This document shows positions 47,464 through 56,857 of a DNA stretch of 64,000 nucleotides, piece by piece (position 1 is the stretch's first letter; every line of letters starts with the position of its first letter). The DNA comes from Longimicrobiales bacterium (lineage in GTDB: Bacteria > Gemmatimonadota > Gemmatimonadetes > Longimicrobiales > Gaopeijiaceae), in contig OZ220732.1 in the NCBI GenBank assembly GCA_965116905.1, positions 3,200,001 through 3,264,000 of the forward strand, in the 5' to 3' direction. A program made the position numbers and the translations under genes. The notes below the pieces were generated by a model. The model searched no databases and had not been told where the DNA came from. It saw only the letters and a program-made list of their open reading frames with translations.

Positions 47464-48068
47464 CGCGCATCATCCCGTTCGGGGGGAACCACCCGCGCAT
47501 CGGCGACTCCGCCTTCATCGCTCCAACCGCGGTGCTGATCGGGGACGTGGAGGTCGGCGAGCGGGCCAGCATCTGGTTCGGAGCCGTTCTGCGCGGGGAT
47601 CACCCCGAGCACGGGATCCGTGTGGGGGCGCGCGCCAACGTCCAGGACAACGCGGTGATTCACACCAGCGATCAGGGGCCGACTGTGCTCGAGGACGAGG
47701 TGACCGTGGGGCACGGGGCCATCCTGGAGAGCTGCCGGGTCGGCAGGCGCACCGTGGTCGGGATGGGGGCGTCGGTGCTGCAGCGCGCGGACGTGGGCGA
47801 GGGGTGCGTGATCGCCGCCGGCGCAGTCGTGAAGGAGGGCGCGAGGATCCCGCCGCGAAGCCTGGTGGCGGGCGTGCCCGGGAGGGTGCGGCCGCTCGGC
47901 GCCCGGGCCGCCGGCTGGACCGAGCGCAGTTCGGGCCACTATGTCGCGCTGAGCCGTCGCTACCTGGCGGACGCCGCGTGCGAACTCTGCGGTGGCCCCA
48001 CGATCGAGCGGCACTGCAAGATCCAGTGCCTCAACTGCGGGTTTCAGCGCGACTGCAGCGACCCCTGA
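47460..48068 (+). CDS. Gamma-carbonic anhydrase-like (YrdA/CaiE/PaaY) protein with Cys-rich C-terminal finger
   Basis: Hexapeptide repeats, LRGD, NVQDNAVIH, TVGH, GVPGR; tail CELC...HCKIQCLNC...DCSDP. Confidence 0.9.
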   Translation: MARIIPFGGNHPRIGDSAFIAPTAVLIGDVEVGERASIWFGAVLRGDHPEHGIRVGARANVQDNAVIHTSDQGPTVLEDEVTVGHGAILESCRVGRRTVVGMGASVLQRADVGEGCVIAAGAVVKEGARIPPRSLVAGVPGRVRPLGARAAGWTERSSGHYVALSRRYLADAACELCGGPTIERHCKIQCLNCGFQRDCSDP

Positions 48069-48098
48069 CCGCCGGGGTCCGCGCGCGGCCGGGGCGCC

Positions 48099-49700
48099 TT
48101 ACCCGAATTCCAGCCCCTGCGCGAGCGGCAGGTCCGTGCTCCAGTTCACCGTGTTGGTCTGCCGGCGCATGTACGACTTCCAGGAATCCGACCCCGACTC
48201 GCGCCCGCCTCCCGTTTCCTTTTCGCCGCCGAACGCCCCTCCGATTTCCGCCCCGGAGGTGCCGATGTTGACGTTCGCGATCCCGCAGTCGCTGCCGCGG
48301 TGGGACAGGAAGTGCTCGGCCTCGCGGACATGATCGGTGAAGATCGCCGACGAAAGCCCCTGGGGCACGTCGTTGTGCAGGGCGATCGCCTCGTCCAGCT
48401 CCGCCACGGCCTCGGCGGGCGTCGCCGACCTGCTGCCGTATTCGATGACGTAGAGGATCGGGGCGAACGTCTCGCGCTGGACGATCGCGAACTGGTTCTT
48501 CGCGGCTGCGATGCACGGGGTGACGTACAGGCCACCCGGGTATTCGTCGCCCGAGAGCCGCTCGCCTCCGAAGAGGATCTCTCCCCCTTCGGCCACGACG
48601 CTCCGGCGCGCTTCCATGAGGTCCTCCACGGCCTGATGGTTCACCACGGGTCCCATCAGCGTGTCACCGTTCAGCGGGTCGCCGATGCGCACGCCGGCGT
48701 AGGCGCGCACGAGGCGGGCGACGAGTTCGTCCCGAACCGACCGGTGCACGATCACGCGCCGCGTGCTGGTGCAGCGCTGGCCGGCCGTGCCGACCGCCCC
48801 GAACAGGATCGACGGGATCGCCAGGTCGAGGTTGGCGTGCGCCGTGACCACGATGGCGTTGTTGCCGCCCAGCTCGAGAATCGTGCGGCCGAGGCGGCCG
48901 CCCACCACCTGCGCGACGCGCCTGCCGACCGCGCATGAACCGGTCGCGGAGACGAGCGGGATGCGCCGGTCGTGAAGGAGGCGGTCGCCCACGGTGGAGC
49001 CCCGGCCAACCACCAGGCTGAACACGGCGGGATCGACGCCGTTCTCGCGGCAGACTTCGCTCGCCATGCGGGTCACGGCGATCGCGGTGAGCGGCGTCCC
49101 GGACGCGGGCTTCCACAGGGTCGCATCGCCGCAGACGGCCGCGATCGCGGCGTTCCATGACCACACCGCCACGGGGAAGTTGAAGGCGGTGACCACCCCG
49201 ACGACGCCCAGCGGCTGCCATTGCTCGCGCATGTGGTGGTCGGGGCGTTCGCTCGCCATCGTGAGTCCGTACAGCTGCCGCGAAAGGCCCACGGCGAAGT
49301 CGCAGATGTCGATCATCTCCTGGACTTCGCCCTCGCCCTCGGCCCTGATCTTGCCCATCTCCAGCGTCACCAGGGCGCCCAGCGCCTCCTTGTTCGCCCG
49401 CAGCCGCTCGCCGAGCTGCCGCACCACCTCTCCCCGGCGCGGCGCGGGCAGGGTCCGCCAATCGAGGAAGGCGCCCCGCGCCCGCTCCACGATGGCGTCG
49501 TATTCGGTCTCGGCAACCTGGTTCACCGTGGCCAGCCTGGAGCCGTCGATGGGGGAGAAGACCTCCAGCGGCGGCCCCGACCCGATCCACTCGCCGCCGA
49601 ATCCGCCCGGATGGATGTCCTCGATTCCCAGCGCGTCGAGGATGTTGCGGGCCTCGCGGCCGATCCCTGCCTTCACGGTGTGTTCCGTCGCCACGGTCAT
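48099..49700 (-). CDS. Aldehyde dehydrogenase family 7 (piperideine-6-carboxylate/AASA dehydrogenase-like)
   Basis: GEGEVQEMIDICDFAVGLSRQL, AFNFPVAVW, LELGGNN, GTAGQRCT, GRESGSDSWK. Confidence 0.92.
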   Translation of the reverse strand: MTVATEHTVKAGIGREARNILDALGIEDIHPGGFGGEWIGSGPPLEVFSPIDGSRLATVNQVAETEYDAIVERARGAFLDWRTLPAPRRGEVVRQLGERLRANKEALGALVTLEMGKIRAEGEGEVQEMIDICDFAVGLSRQLYGLTMASERPDHHMREQWQPLGVVGVVTAFNFPVAVWSWNAAIAAVCGDATLWKPASGTPLTAIAVTRMASEVCRENGVDPAVFSLVVGRGSTVGDRLLHDRRIPLVSATGSCAVGRRVAQVVGGRLGRTILELGGNNAIVVTAHANLDLAIPSILFGAVGTAGQRCTSTRRVIVHRSVRDELVARLVRAYAGVRIGDPLNGDTLMGPVVNHQAVEDLMEARRSVVAEGGEILFGGERLSGDEYPGGLYVTPCIAAAKNQFAIVQRETFAPILYVIEYGSRSATPAEAVAELDEAIALHNDVPQGLSSAIFTDHVREAEHFLSHRGSDCGIANVNIGTSGAEIGGAFGGEKETGGGRESGSDSWKSYMRRQTNTVNWSTDLPLAQGLEFG

Positions 49701-49724
49701 CGTTTCGCCTCTCGTGCCGGCTGT

Positions 49725-50492
49725 TCAGTTCAAACCCAGCAGTTCCAGGTACCACGCGATCAGCGGGTCGCCCCAGCCGTAGGCGACTGCCGCCCCGATC
49801 GCGAGAAAGATGCCGAAGGGCACCAGCCTCGCCGTCCTGAACGCGATCGGTCCAAAGATAGCCGAACCGAGGAGCGCGCCGGAGAAGAGGGTGAACAGCA
49901 CGCCCGCGGGGCCGAGGAACGCGCCCACCATGGCCATCATCTTGATATCGCCGCCCCCCATCGCATCCTTGCCGAACGCGAGGCGCCCGAGCCCGGCGAC
50001 GCCCCACATGATGCCGAATCCGAGCGCCGCTCCCGTTGCCGCTGTCGCGGGCGAAGGACCGCCGGGCAACCCGGCGAGAAGGATTCCGAGCACGCACCCC
50101 CCCACCGAGAACTGGTCCGGAATGACGTATTGCCTGGCGTCCGTCAGCGCAATGCCGAGCAGCAAGGTGAGGAAGAGGCTTCCGCGCACGGCTTCCGGGT
50201 GCACGCCCCACTGGCTGACCATCCCCGACCAGATCAGGGCCACCGCGATTTCGACGACCGGGTACATCGCGCTGAGCCGCGCACCGCAGCGCCTGCATCG
50301 TCCGCGCACCAGCAGGTACCCCAGCACCGGCACGATGTCCCACCAGGCCAGCCGAGCCTCGCAGCGCGGACACCGCGACGCGGGCGAGACCACGGACCGC
50401 CCGTCCGGCCACCGGGCGACGCACACGGTCAGAAAGGACCCGACGCACGCCCCCACCACCGCGGCCACCCCAATCCACAACAACCCGTTCAT
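49725..50492 (-). CDS. pilD: Prepilin peptidase (A24)
   Basis: GSFL, SRCPRC, GRCRRC, TD...IPD, MGGGDIK, PFGIFLA. Confidence 0.93.
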   Translation of the reverse strand: MNGLLWIGVAAVVGACVGSFLTVCVARWPDGRSVVSPASRCPRCEARLAWWDIVPVLGYLLVRGRCRRCGARLSAMYPVVEIAVALIWSGMVSQWGVHPEAVRGSLFLTLLLGIALTDARQYVIPDQFSVGGCVLGILLAGLPGGPSPATAATGAALGFGIMWGVAGLGRLAFGKDAMGGGDIKMMAMVGAFLGPAGVLFTLFSGALLGSAIFGPIAFRTARLVPFGIFLAIGAAVAYGWGDPLIAWYLELLGLN

Positions 50493-51289
50493 TCCCCCTC
50501 CCGCCGGCCGCCCTCCGTCAGCAGGTACATGAGGATCGACCCCGCGACCGCCACATTCAGCGAATCCACGCCCGCGGCCAGCGGCACGGAGACCCTGGCG
50601 GCGGGTCCCTCCAGCGGCGGAGTCCCGCCCACCTCGTTGCCCACCACGAGCACCCAGTCCCGGCGCCTCGCCGCCTCGACCCGGTCCACCGGCACGCCTG
50701 CGGAGTCGGCCTGGAGAAAGTTGACCGCCCCGGTGCCCTCGGTGGCGGGCGCCCCGCCCTTCCCGCCTCGCGGCGCAGCGACCAGCGGGACGTGGAACAC
50801 CCCTCCGGCCGACGCTCGCACGACTTTGGCGTTCCAGGGGTCGACGGTTCCCGCCCCGATCACCACACCGTCCAGCCCGAATCCCCACGCAGAGCGAATC
50901 AGCGTCCCCAGGTTGCCCGGGATCCGGACTGCCGCCGCCATCAGGTAGCGTCCACCCGCCAGCGGCCTCGCGACGAGCGGCGGCGGCTTCACGCATGCCA
51001 GCACGGGCAGGGGCGCCTGGGTCGAGCACAGATCACGCACTGCCGCGCCATCCGCGATCAGGACCGGGGCACCGCTCCTGCGCGCCGCCTCGGCAATCGC
51101 GCGGCCCTCCGGTCCGGCCGCGAACTCGTCGCCGCACGCCACCCAGCGCACCTCGACGGACGATCTCAGCGCCTCCATGACCACGCGCGGACCCTCCGCG
51201 AGCGCCAGCCCCTTGCGCTCCCTGCCCCGCCGCGACCGAAGCCGAAGGGCCAGCCGCCGTTTAGATTTGCTGATCGCGTTCATTCCCAC
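50489..51289 (-). CDS. TrmH/SpoU family RNA methyltransferase
   Basis: AEG, PGNLGTLIRSA, KVVRASAG, GNE, DSLNVAVA. Confidence 0.92.
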   Translation of the reverse strand: MGMNAISKSKRRLALRLRSRRGRERKGLALAEGPRVVMEALRSSVEVRWVACGDEFAAGPEGRAIAEAARRSGAPVLIADGAAVRDLCSTQAPLPVLACVKPPPLVARPLAGGRYLMAAAVRIPGNLGTLIRSAWGFGLDGVVIGAGTVDPWNAKVVRASAGGVFHVPLVAAPRGGKGGAPATEGTGAVNFLQADSAGVPVDRVEAARRRDWVLVVGNEVGGTPPLEGPAARVSVPLAAGVDSLNVAVAGSILMYLLTEGGRREGE

Positions 51290-51309
51290 CTCTTCACCCG
51301 GACGCTCTC

Positions 51310-52173
51310 ATGGACAGCCACGCACCCATGCCCGTTGCGCTCACGATCGCCGGCAGCGACAGCGGCGGCGGCGCGGGCATCCAGGCCGACCTCAAGACGT
51401 TCCACCAGTGGGGCGTCTTCGGGACCTCGGTGCTCACGGCCGTGACCGCACAGAACACCCTCGGCGTCCAGAAGGTCCACGCGGTTCCGGCCACCGTCGT
51501 CGAGGCCCAGGTGCGGAGCGTGGCCACGGACCTCGCGCCCGGCGCGCTCAAGTCGGGGATGCTCGCGAACATCGGGGTCGTGCGGGCGGTCGCCGCCTCG
51601 ATCCGCGACCACGGTCTGGTGCGGTACGTTCTCGATCCGGTGATGGTGGCCACAAGCGGCGATGTCCTCCTCGAACCCGATGCGGTGACTGTCGTGCGCG
51701 ACCAACTCGTGCCGATGGCGGCGCTGGTGACCCCGAACTGGCCTGAGGCCGCGCTCCTTACGGGTGTAAGTGAACAGGGGCTGCGGGGCATGGACATGGC
51801 TGCACGGGCCATCCTGGCCGCGGGGGCCGGGGCGGTGCTGGTGAAGGGCGGGCACCTGCCGGGCGACGAGGTCGTGGACCTGTACCGGGACGGCGGGTCG
51901 CGCCACGTGTTTCGCCACCCCCGTATCGAGACGCGCCATACGCACGGCACCGGGTGCACGCTGAGCGCGGCCATCGCCGCCGGGCTGGCGCGCGGCGCGT
52001 CGCTGCCGGACGCGGTCGCTGCCGCGCTGGCGTGGGTGCAGTCCGCGATCGCCGGCGCCCCGGGGCTGGGAGCGGGCAGCGGGCCGCTGAATCACTTCTC
52101 GCCGGTCCCCTCCAATGCCGGGATGAGCGACTCCAGCAGCGCTCCCAGCGTGCCGCCCGCCACCTCGGCGTAA
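51310..52173 (+). CDS. thiD: Hydroxymethylpyrimidine/phosphomethylpyrimidine kinase
   Basis: GSDSGGGAGIQADLKT, DPVMVATSG, TPN, VKGGH, HGTGCTLS. Confidence 0.96.
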   Translation: MDSHAPMPVALTIAGSDSGGGAGIQADLKTFHQWGVFGTSVLTAVTAQNTLGVQKVHAVPATVVEAQVRSVATDLAPGALKSGMLANIGVVRAVAASIRDHGLVRYVLDPVMVATSGDVLLEPDAVTVVRDQLVPMAALVTPNWPEAALLTGVSEQGLRGMDMAARAILAAGAGAVLVKGGHLPGDEVVDLYRDGGSRHVFRHPRIETRHTHGTGCTLSAAIAAGLARGASLPDAVAAALAWVQSAIAGAPGLGAGSGPLNHFSPVPSNAGMSDSSSAPSVPPATSA

Positions 52174-52922
52174 GCCATCACTCCTTCGTGGTCGACGACC
52201 GCGTCGCCGAGGCCCGCCGCCCGATTGGTGACGAGCGAGAAGGCCAGCACGCGCTGACCCCCGGCCCGCGCGATCGTGACCTCGGGGACAGTGGACATGC
52301 CCACCGCGTCCGCCCCTGCCGCACACAGCGCCCTGACCTCGGCGGGAGTCTCGAAGTTCGGGCCCGCAACCGCCCCGTAGGTGCCCCGCGGCAGCCGGAT
52401 CCCCTTTCGCAGCGCGACGGTTTCGGCCGCCGCCATCAGCGCCGGGTCGTACGGACGGCTCATGTCCGGGAACCTCGTCTCTCCGTCCGCGACGGGACCC
52501 GCCAGCGGAGCCCGGAACATGAGGTTGATGTGGTCGTCGACAAGCATCAGCGACCCCGGAACCAGGTCGCGGCGGATCCCGCCCACGGCGTTTGTGAGCA
52601 CCAGCGTACGGGCACCGAGGGCCCGGCCCACGCGCACCGGCGCCGCGACGACATCGGTGCCCACGCCCTCGTAGTAGTGGAAGCGGCCCGACTGCACGAG
52701 AACGGGCACACCCGCAATCCGGCCCAGCAAAAAGCTGCCCGCGTGGCCCTCCACCGACGTTGCGGGGAAGCCCGGAAGCTCGCCGAACGGCACCTCGACA
52801 GGGTTTTCCACGCACGCGGCCACACCGCCGAGTCCCGAACCGAGGACCACGTGCAGACGGGGGCGAATGCCGGCCCGGCCAAGTAGCACGCGCGCGCCCT
52901 CCCGGACCCGCGCCGGACTCAA
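52092..52922 (-). CDS. Purine-nucleoside phosphorylase (trimeric type)
   Basis: LGSGLG, GRFHYYEG, TNAVGG, GPNFETPAE, VGMSTVPE, VTN; TTG start overlaps the nupC stop. Confidence 0.93.
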   Translation of the reverse strand: MSPARVREGARVLLGRAGIRPRLHVVLGSGLGGVAACVENPVEVPFGELPGFPATSVEGHAGSFLLGRIAGVPVLVQSGRFHYYEGVGTDVVAAPVRVGRALGARTLVLTNAVGGIRRDLVPGSLMLVDDHINLMFRAPLAGPVADGETRFPDMSRPYDPALMAAAETVALRKGIRLPRGTYGAVAGPNFETPAEVRALCAAGADAVGMSTVPEVTIARAGGQRVLAFSLVTNRAAGLGDAVVDHEGVMAYAEVAGGTLGALLESLIPALEGTGEK

Positions 52923-54427
52923 ATCAGCACCCCGGCGATCGCCGCGGTCATGAAGGCCGCGATCGAGCCGCCGATCATCGCCCGCAGCGCCAGCCGGGAC
53001 AGATCCTGCCGCCGGCGCGGCGCGATTCCCCCGATCCCTCCGATCTGGATCGCGATCGACGAGAAGTTGGCGAAGCCCGAAAGCGCATAGGTCGCGATCG
53101 TGGCCGACCGCGCGGACACCGACGATTCGGCCATCGTGTCGGCAAGTCCCAGGTAGGCCACGAATTCGGTGGCCACGGTCTTGAGCCCCATCAACGAGCC
53201 GACCGCGGCCGCGTCCTCCCATGCGACCCCCATCACCCAGGCGACCGGACTCAGTACCCAGCCGAGGATTCCTTCCAGCGACAGGCCCTGCACGCCCACC
53301 AGGCCACCCGCCCACCCCAGCACCGCGTTGACCAGCGCGATCAGCGCGAGGAAGGCCAGCAGCATCGCGCCGACGTTGAGCGCGAGGTGCAGCCCCTCTC
53401 CCGCCCCGCGGGCCGCCGCCTCGATCACGTTCACGTCGGTCCGCTCCAGGGTCGTCTTCAGCGTCCCGGCCGTCTCCGACACCTCCTCCTCGGGCACCAT
53501 CAGCTTGGCCACCACCAGCGCGGCCGGCGCCGACATCACCGAAGCCGCCATGAGGTGGCCCGCGATATCGGGAAAGAAGCCCACCAGCATCCCCGCGTAG
53601 GCGGCCATCACGCCTCCCGCCACCGTCGCGAAGCCGCCGGTCATCACCGCCATCAGTTCGGACCGCGTCATCCTGTCGACGAACGGCTTCACCAGCAGCG
53701 GCGCCTCGGTCTGCCCGACGAAGATGTTGCCGGCCGCCGAGAGCGTCTCCGCACCGCTCGTCTTCATGGTGCGCTGCATGACCCACGCGATGCCGCCCAC
53801 CACCTTCTGCATGATTCCGATGTGGTAGAACACGGTCATCAGCGAGGCGAAGAAGATGATCGTCGGGAGGACGTTGAAGGCGAAGAACGCACCGGTCCGC
53901 GCCACCTGCCGACCCTCGTCGACGAAGGCCCCGTTCCCGGGCTCCCCGACGCCGACCGGCACGTTGTTCCCCACGAGGTCGCCGAACACGAAGCGGGCGC
54001 CTTCGACGGTGAAGCCGACGGTCGCCAGGATCACGTCGTTGGCCGCATCGAAGATCCCGGCGCCCACCGTGGTCCTCAGAATCAGCACGCCGAACAGGAA
54101 CTGGAGGCCCAGTCCCCACAGCACGATGCGCCAGGGGATCCGGCGGCGGTTCACGCTCAGGGCCCAGGCGCCGAGCGCGAGCAGGACGACGCCGAAGAGA
54201 CCTCTCAGGCGGACGAGGGGGCCGGCGGCATCTTCCGTGGCCTGGATGGCGCCCTCGACAGCGCCCCGCCCGAGGTCCGCCGGACCGGCCCCGCCGCCGG
54301 GGACGTACGCGTGGAGTTCACCGGCCGAAATCAGGGGAAGCACGAGCGCCGCGAGAGCCCAGAGCCACCAGGGGAGTGGTTCGGCGGCGCGGGTCCGACT
54401 GCGGCTCGGGCACCGGAACATGATCAT
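52919..54427 (-). CDS. nupC: NupC/CNT concentrative nucleoside transporter
   Basis: VLPTIIFF, SGAETL, IFVGQTEAP, GGFATVAG, EFVAY, GFANFSS. Confidence 0.95.
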   Translation of the reverse strand: MIMFRCPSRSRTRAAEPLPWWLWALAALVLPLISAGELHAYVPGGGAGPADLGRGAVEGAIQATEDAAGPLVRLRGLFGVVLLALGAWALSVNRRRIPWRIVLWGLGLQFLFGVLILRTTVGAGIFDAANDVILATVGFTVEGARFVFGDLVGNNVPVGVGEPGNGAFVDEGRQVARTGAFFAFNVLPTIIFFASLMTVFYHIGIMQKVVGGIAWVMQRTMKTSGAETLSAAGNIFVGQTEAPLLVKPFVDRMTRSELMAVMTGGFATVAGGVMAAYAGMLVGFFPDIAGHLMAASVMSAPAALVVAKLMVPEEEVSETAGTLKTTLERTDVNVIEAAARGAGEGLHLALNVGAMLLAFLALIALVNAVLGWAGGLVGVQGLSLEGILGWVLSPVAWVMGVAWEDAAAVGSLMGLKTVATEFVAYLGLADTMAESSVSARSATIATYALSGFANFSSIAIQIGGIGGIAPRRRQDLSRLALRAMIGGSIAAFMTAAIAGVLI

Positions 54428-54537
54428 GGTGAATCATATCCGGGAGCCGTGCCGGGCGCCAACCACCCGGCCGGGCGTCAACCACGCGGTCGGGCGCAGC
54501 AGCAGGCGGGAGCGGGCGCAAGCTCCGGATCCCCCGG

Positions 54538-54601
54538 AAAACCTGCCAAAATGGCAGACCTGCACCGCGCCCAGACCCAAAAACCTGCCAAAATGGCAGA
54601 C
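54538..54601. repeat. Two exact 22-bp direct repeats, each with a CTGCCA-N3-TGGCAG palindrome
   Basis: AAAACCTGCCAAAATGGCAGAC at 54538 and 54580 (42-bp spacing). Confidence 0.95.
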
Positions 54602-54637
54602 TTTGCCCTCGAAATCCTTCATTTCGGCCCCGCCGTC

Positions 54638-54653
54638 CGGCACGCGCCTTGCC
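54638..54653 (+). promoter_or_regulatory. Sigma54-type -24/-12 promoter upstream of dnaK
   Basis: CGGCACG-CGCC-TTGCC, exact GG-N10-GC spacing (consensus TGGCACG-N4-TTGCW). Confidence 0.65.
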
Positions 54654-54789
54654 CATAGGAGGCCGGTTACCTTTGACATCGCCCGACTTGAGCGCCGGGA
54701 CGACCGGTGCGCCGGGACGGCTTGAGCGCAAAGGGGCGACTTGAACGCAACGGCCGGCGGGCGCCGGTCACGGAAAGGGAAGAAACGCA

Positions 54790-56748
54790 ATGGGCAAGAT
54801 CATCGGAATCGACCTCGGAACGACCAATTCGGTGGTCGCCGTCATGGAGGGCGGAGAGCCCACGGTCATACCGAACTCCGAGGGCGGGCGCACGACCCCG
54901 TCGGTCGTGGCGTTCGCGAAGGACGGCGAGCGGCTCGTCGGGCAGGTGGCCCGGCGGCAGGCGATCACAAACCCCGAAAACACCGTCTTTTCGATCAAGC
55001 GCTTCATGGGCATGCGTTACGGGGAGGTCGAGGCCGAGCGCAGGCGTGTACCGTACACCGTGACCCGCGACGGACAGGACCGTGTGGTCGTGAATCTGCC
55101 CAACGGGGGCAAGCCCTTCACCCCGCCCGAGCTGTCGGCCGTCGTGCTGCAGAAGATGCGGCAGACCGCGGAAGACTACCTGGGCACCTCGGTGACCGAG
55201 GCCGTCATCACGGTCCCCGCGTACTTCAACGACGCGCAGAGGCAGGCCACGAAGGACGCGGGGAAGATCGCCGGGCTGGATGTCAAGCGCATCATCAACG
55301 AGCCTACCGCGGCCGCGCTGGCCTACGGGCTCGACAAGAAGAAGGACGAGAAGATCGCGGTGTTCGACCTGGGCGGCGGCACCTACGACATCTCGATCCT
55401 GGAGATCGGCGACGGCGTCTTCGAGGTGAAGGCCACGAACGGGGACACGCACCTGGGCGGCGACGACTTCGACCAGGTCCTCATCGACTGGCTCGTCGCC
55501 GAGTTCAAGAAGGACCAGGGGATCGACCTGTCGAAGGACTCGATGGCGCTGCAGCGGCTCAAGGAAGCCGCCGAGAAGGCCAAGATGGAGCTGTCCTCGA
55601 CCACGTCGACCGACATCAACCTGCCCTTCATCACCGCGACCCAGGAGGGGCCCAAGCACCTCAACTACCAGCTCTCGCGCGCCAGGTTCGAGCACCTGGT
55701 CGACGAGCTGATCCAGCGCACGATCCCGCCGATGAGGAAGGCCCTCGCCGACGCCGGCATGACGCCCGACGACATCGACGAGGTGGTTCTGGTCGGCGGC
55801 TCGACGCGGATTCCGAAGATCCAGGAGGTCGTCGAGGAGTTCTTCGAGCAGGAGCCTCACCGGGGGGTCAACCCGGACGAGGTCGTCGCCGTGGGCGCGG
55901 CGATCCAGGGCGGCGTGCTGGCCGGCGACGTCAAGGACGTGCTGCTTCTCGACGTGACGCCCCTGACGCTCGGCATCGAGACGCTGGGCGGCGTGAGGAC
56001 CGCCCTGATCGAGCGCAACACGACGATCCCGACCAAGAAGATGGAGGTCTTCTCCACGGCCGAGGACACGCAGACGACGGTCGAGATCCACGTGCTCCAG
56101 GGCGAACGCGAGATGGCGATCGACAACCGCACGATCGGCAAGTTCCAGCTCACCGGGATCCCGCCGGCGCCGAGGGGCGTCCCGCAGATCGAGGTGACGT
56201 TCGACATCGACGCCAACGGCATCCTCCACGTGGCGGCGAAGGACCGCGCCACGGGCAAGGAGCAGAAGGTGCGGATCGAGGCGTCCAGCGGCCTGAGCGA
56301 CGCCGAGATCGACAAGATGGTGACGGACGCCGAGGCCCACGCCGCGGAAGACGAGTCGCGCCGGGAAGCGGCGGACGCCCGCAACCAGCTCGATTCCCTC
56401 GTCTACCAGGTCGAGAAGGACGGTGCGGAGTGGGGCGACAAGGTCTCCGAGGGCACGCGCGGCCGTCTGGACGCGGCGCTGGAGCGGGGGAAGAACGCGC
56501 TCAAGGGTGACGACACCGGCGAGATCAACGAGGCCCGCGACGAGCTGATGCAGGCTTTCAGCGCGGCGGGCCAGGAGATGTACCAGGCCCAGGCAGCGGA
56601 AGCGGCCACTGCGGAGCAGGAGGCCGGAGCCGAAGCCGGAGATCCCGGAGACGCGGGCGACGCGGGCGACGCGGGCGACGCGGCGGAGGCCGCGGATGAG
56701 GACGTCGTGGAAGCCGACTACGAAATCGTGGAGGAGGAGCGCGGATAG
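54790..56748 (+). CDS. dnaK: Chaperone DnaK
   Basis: [41 protein letters not shown]. Confidence 0.99.
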   Translation: MGKIIGIDLGTTNSVVAVMEGGEPTVIPNSEGGRTTPSVVAFAKDGERLVGQVARRQAITNPENTVFSIKRFMGMRYGEVEAERRRVPYTVTRDGQDRVVVNLPNGGKPFTPPELSAVVLQKMRQTAEDYLGTSVTEAVITVPAYFNDAQRQATKDAGKIAGLDVKRIINEPTAAALAYGLDKKKDEKIAVFDLGGGTYDISILEIGDGVFEVKATNGDTHLGGDDFDQVLIDWLVAEFKKDQGIDLSKDSMALQRLKEAAEKAKMELSSTTSTDINLPFITATQEGPKHLNYQLSRARFEHLVDELIQRTIPPMRKALADAGMTPDDIDEVVLVGGSTRIPKIQEVVEEFFEQEPHRGVNPDEVVAVGAAIQGGVLAGDVKDVLLLDVTPLTLGIETLGGVRTALIERNTTIPTKKMEVFSTAEDTQTTVEIHVLQGEREMAIDNRTIGKFQLTGIPPAPRGVPQIEVTFDIDANGILHVAAKDRATGKEQKVRIEASSGLSDAEIDKMVTDAEAHAAEDESRREAADARNQLDSLVYQVEKDGAEWGDKVSEGTRGRLDAALERGKNALKGDDTGEINEARDELMQAFSAAGQEMYQAQAAEAATAEQEAGAEAGDPGDAGDAGDAGDAAEAADEDVVEADYEIVEEERG

Positions 56749-56857
56749 GAGGCGGCGGGGCCGGAGCGGCCCGCGGGCAACGTTGACGGCGGTGCGGGCC
56801 GTCCAATACCGGCAGGTCCCAAACATCAGCGAATCATCAGATATCCGGAGCGGTCAT

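Noticed and set aside
54673..54700. Perfect TTGACA upstream of dnaK
   Set aside because: No -10-like hexamer at 16-18 bp spacing
54667..56826. 719-aa antisense ORF opposite dnaK
   Set aside because: Antisense shadow frame typical of GC-rich hsp70 genes; fully overlaps a canonical dnaK
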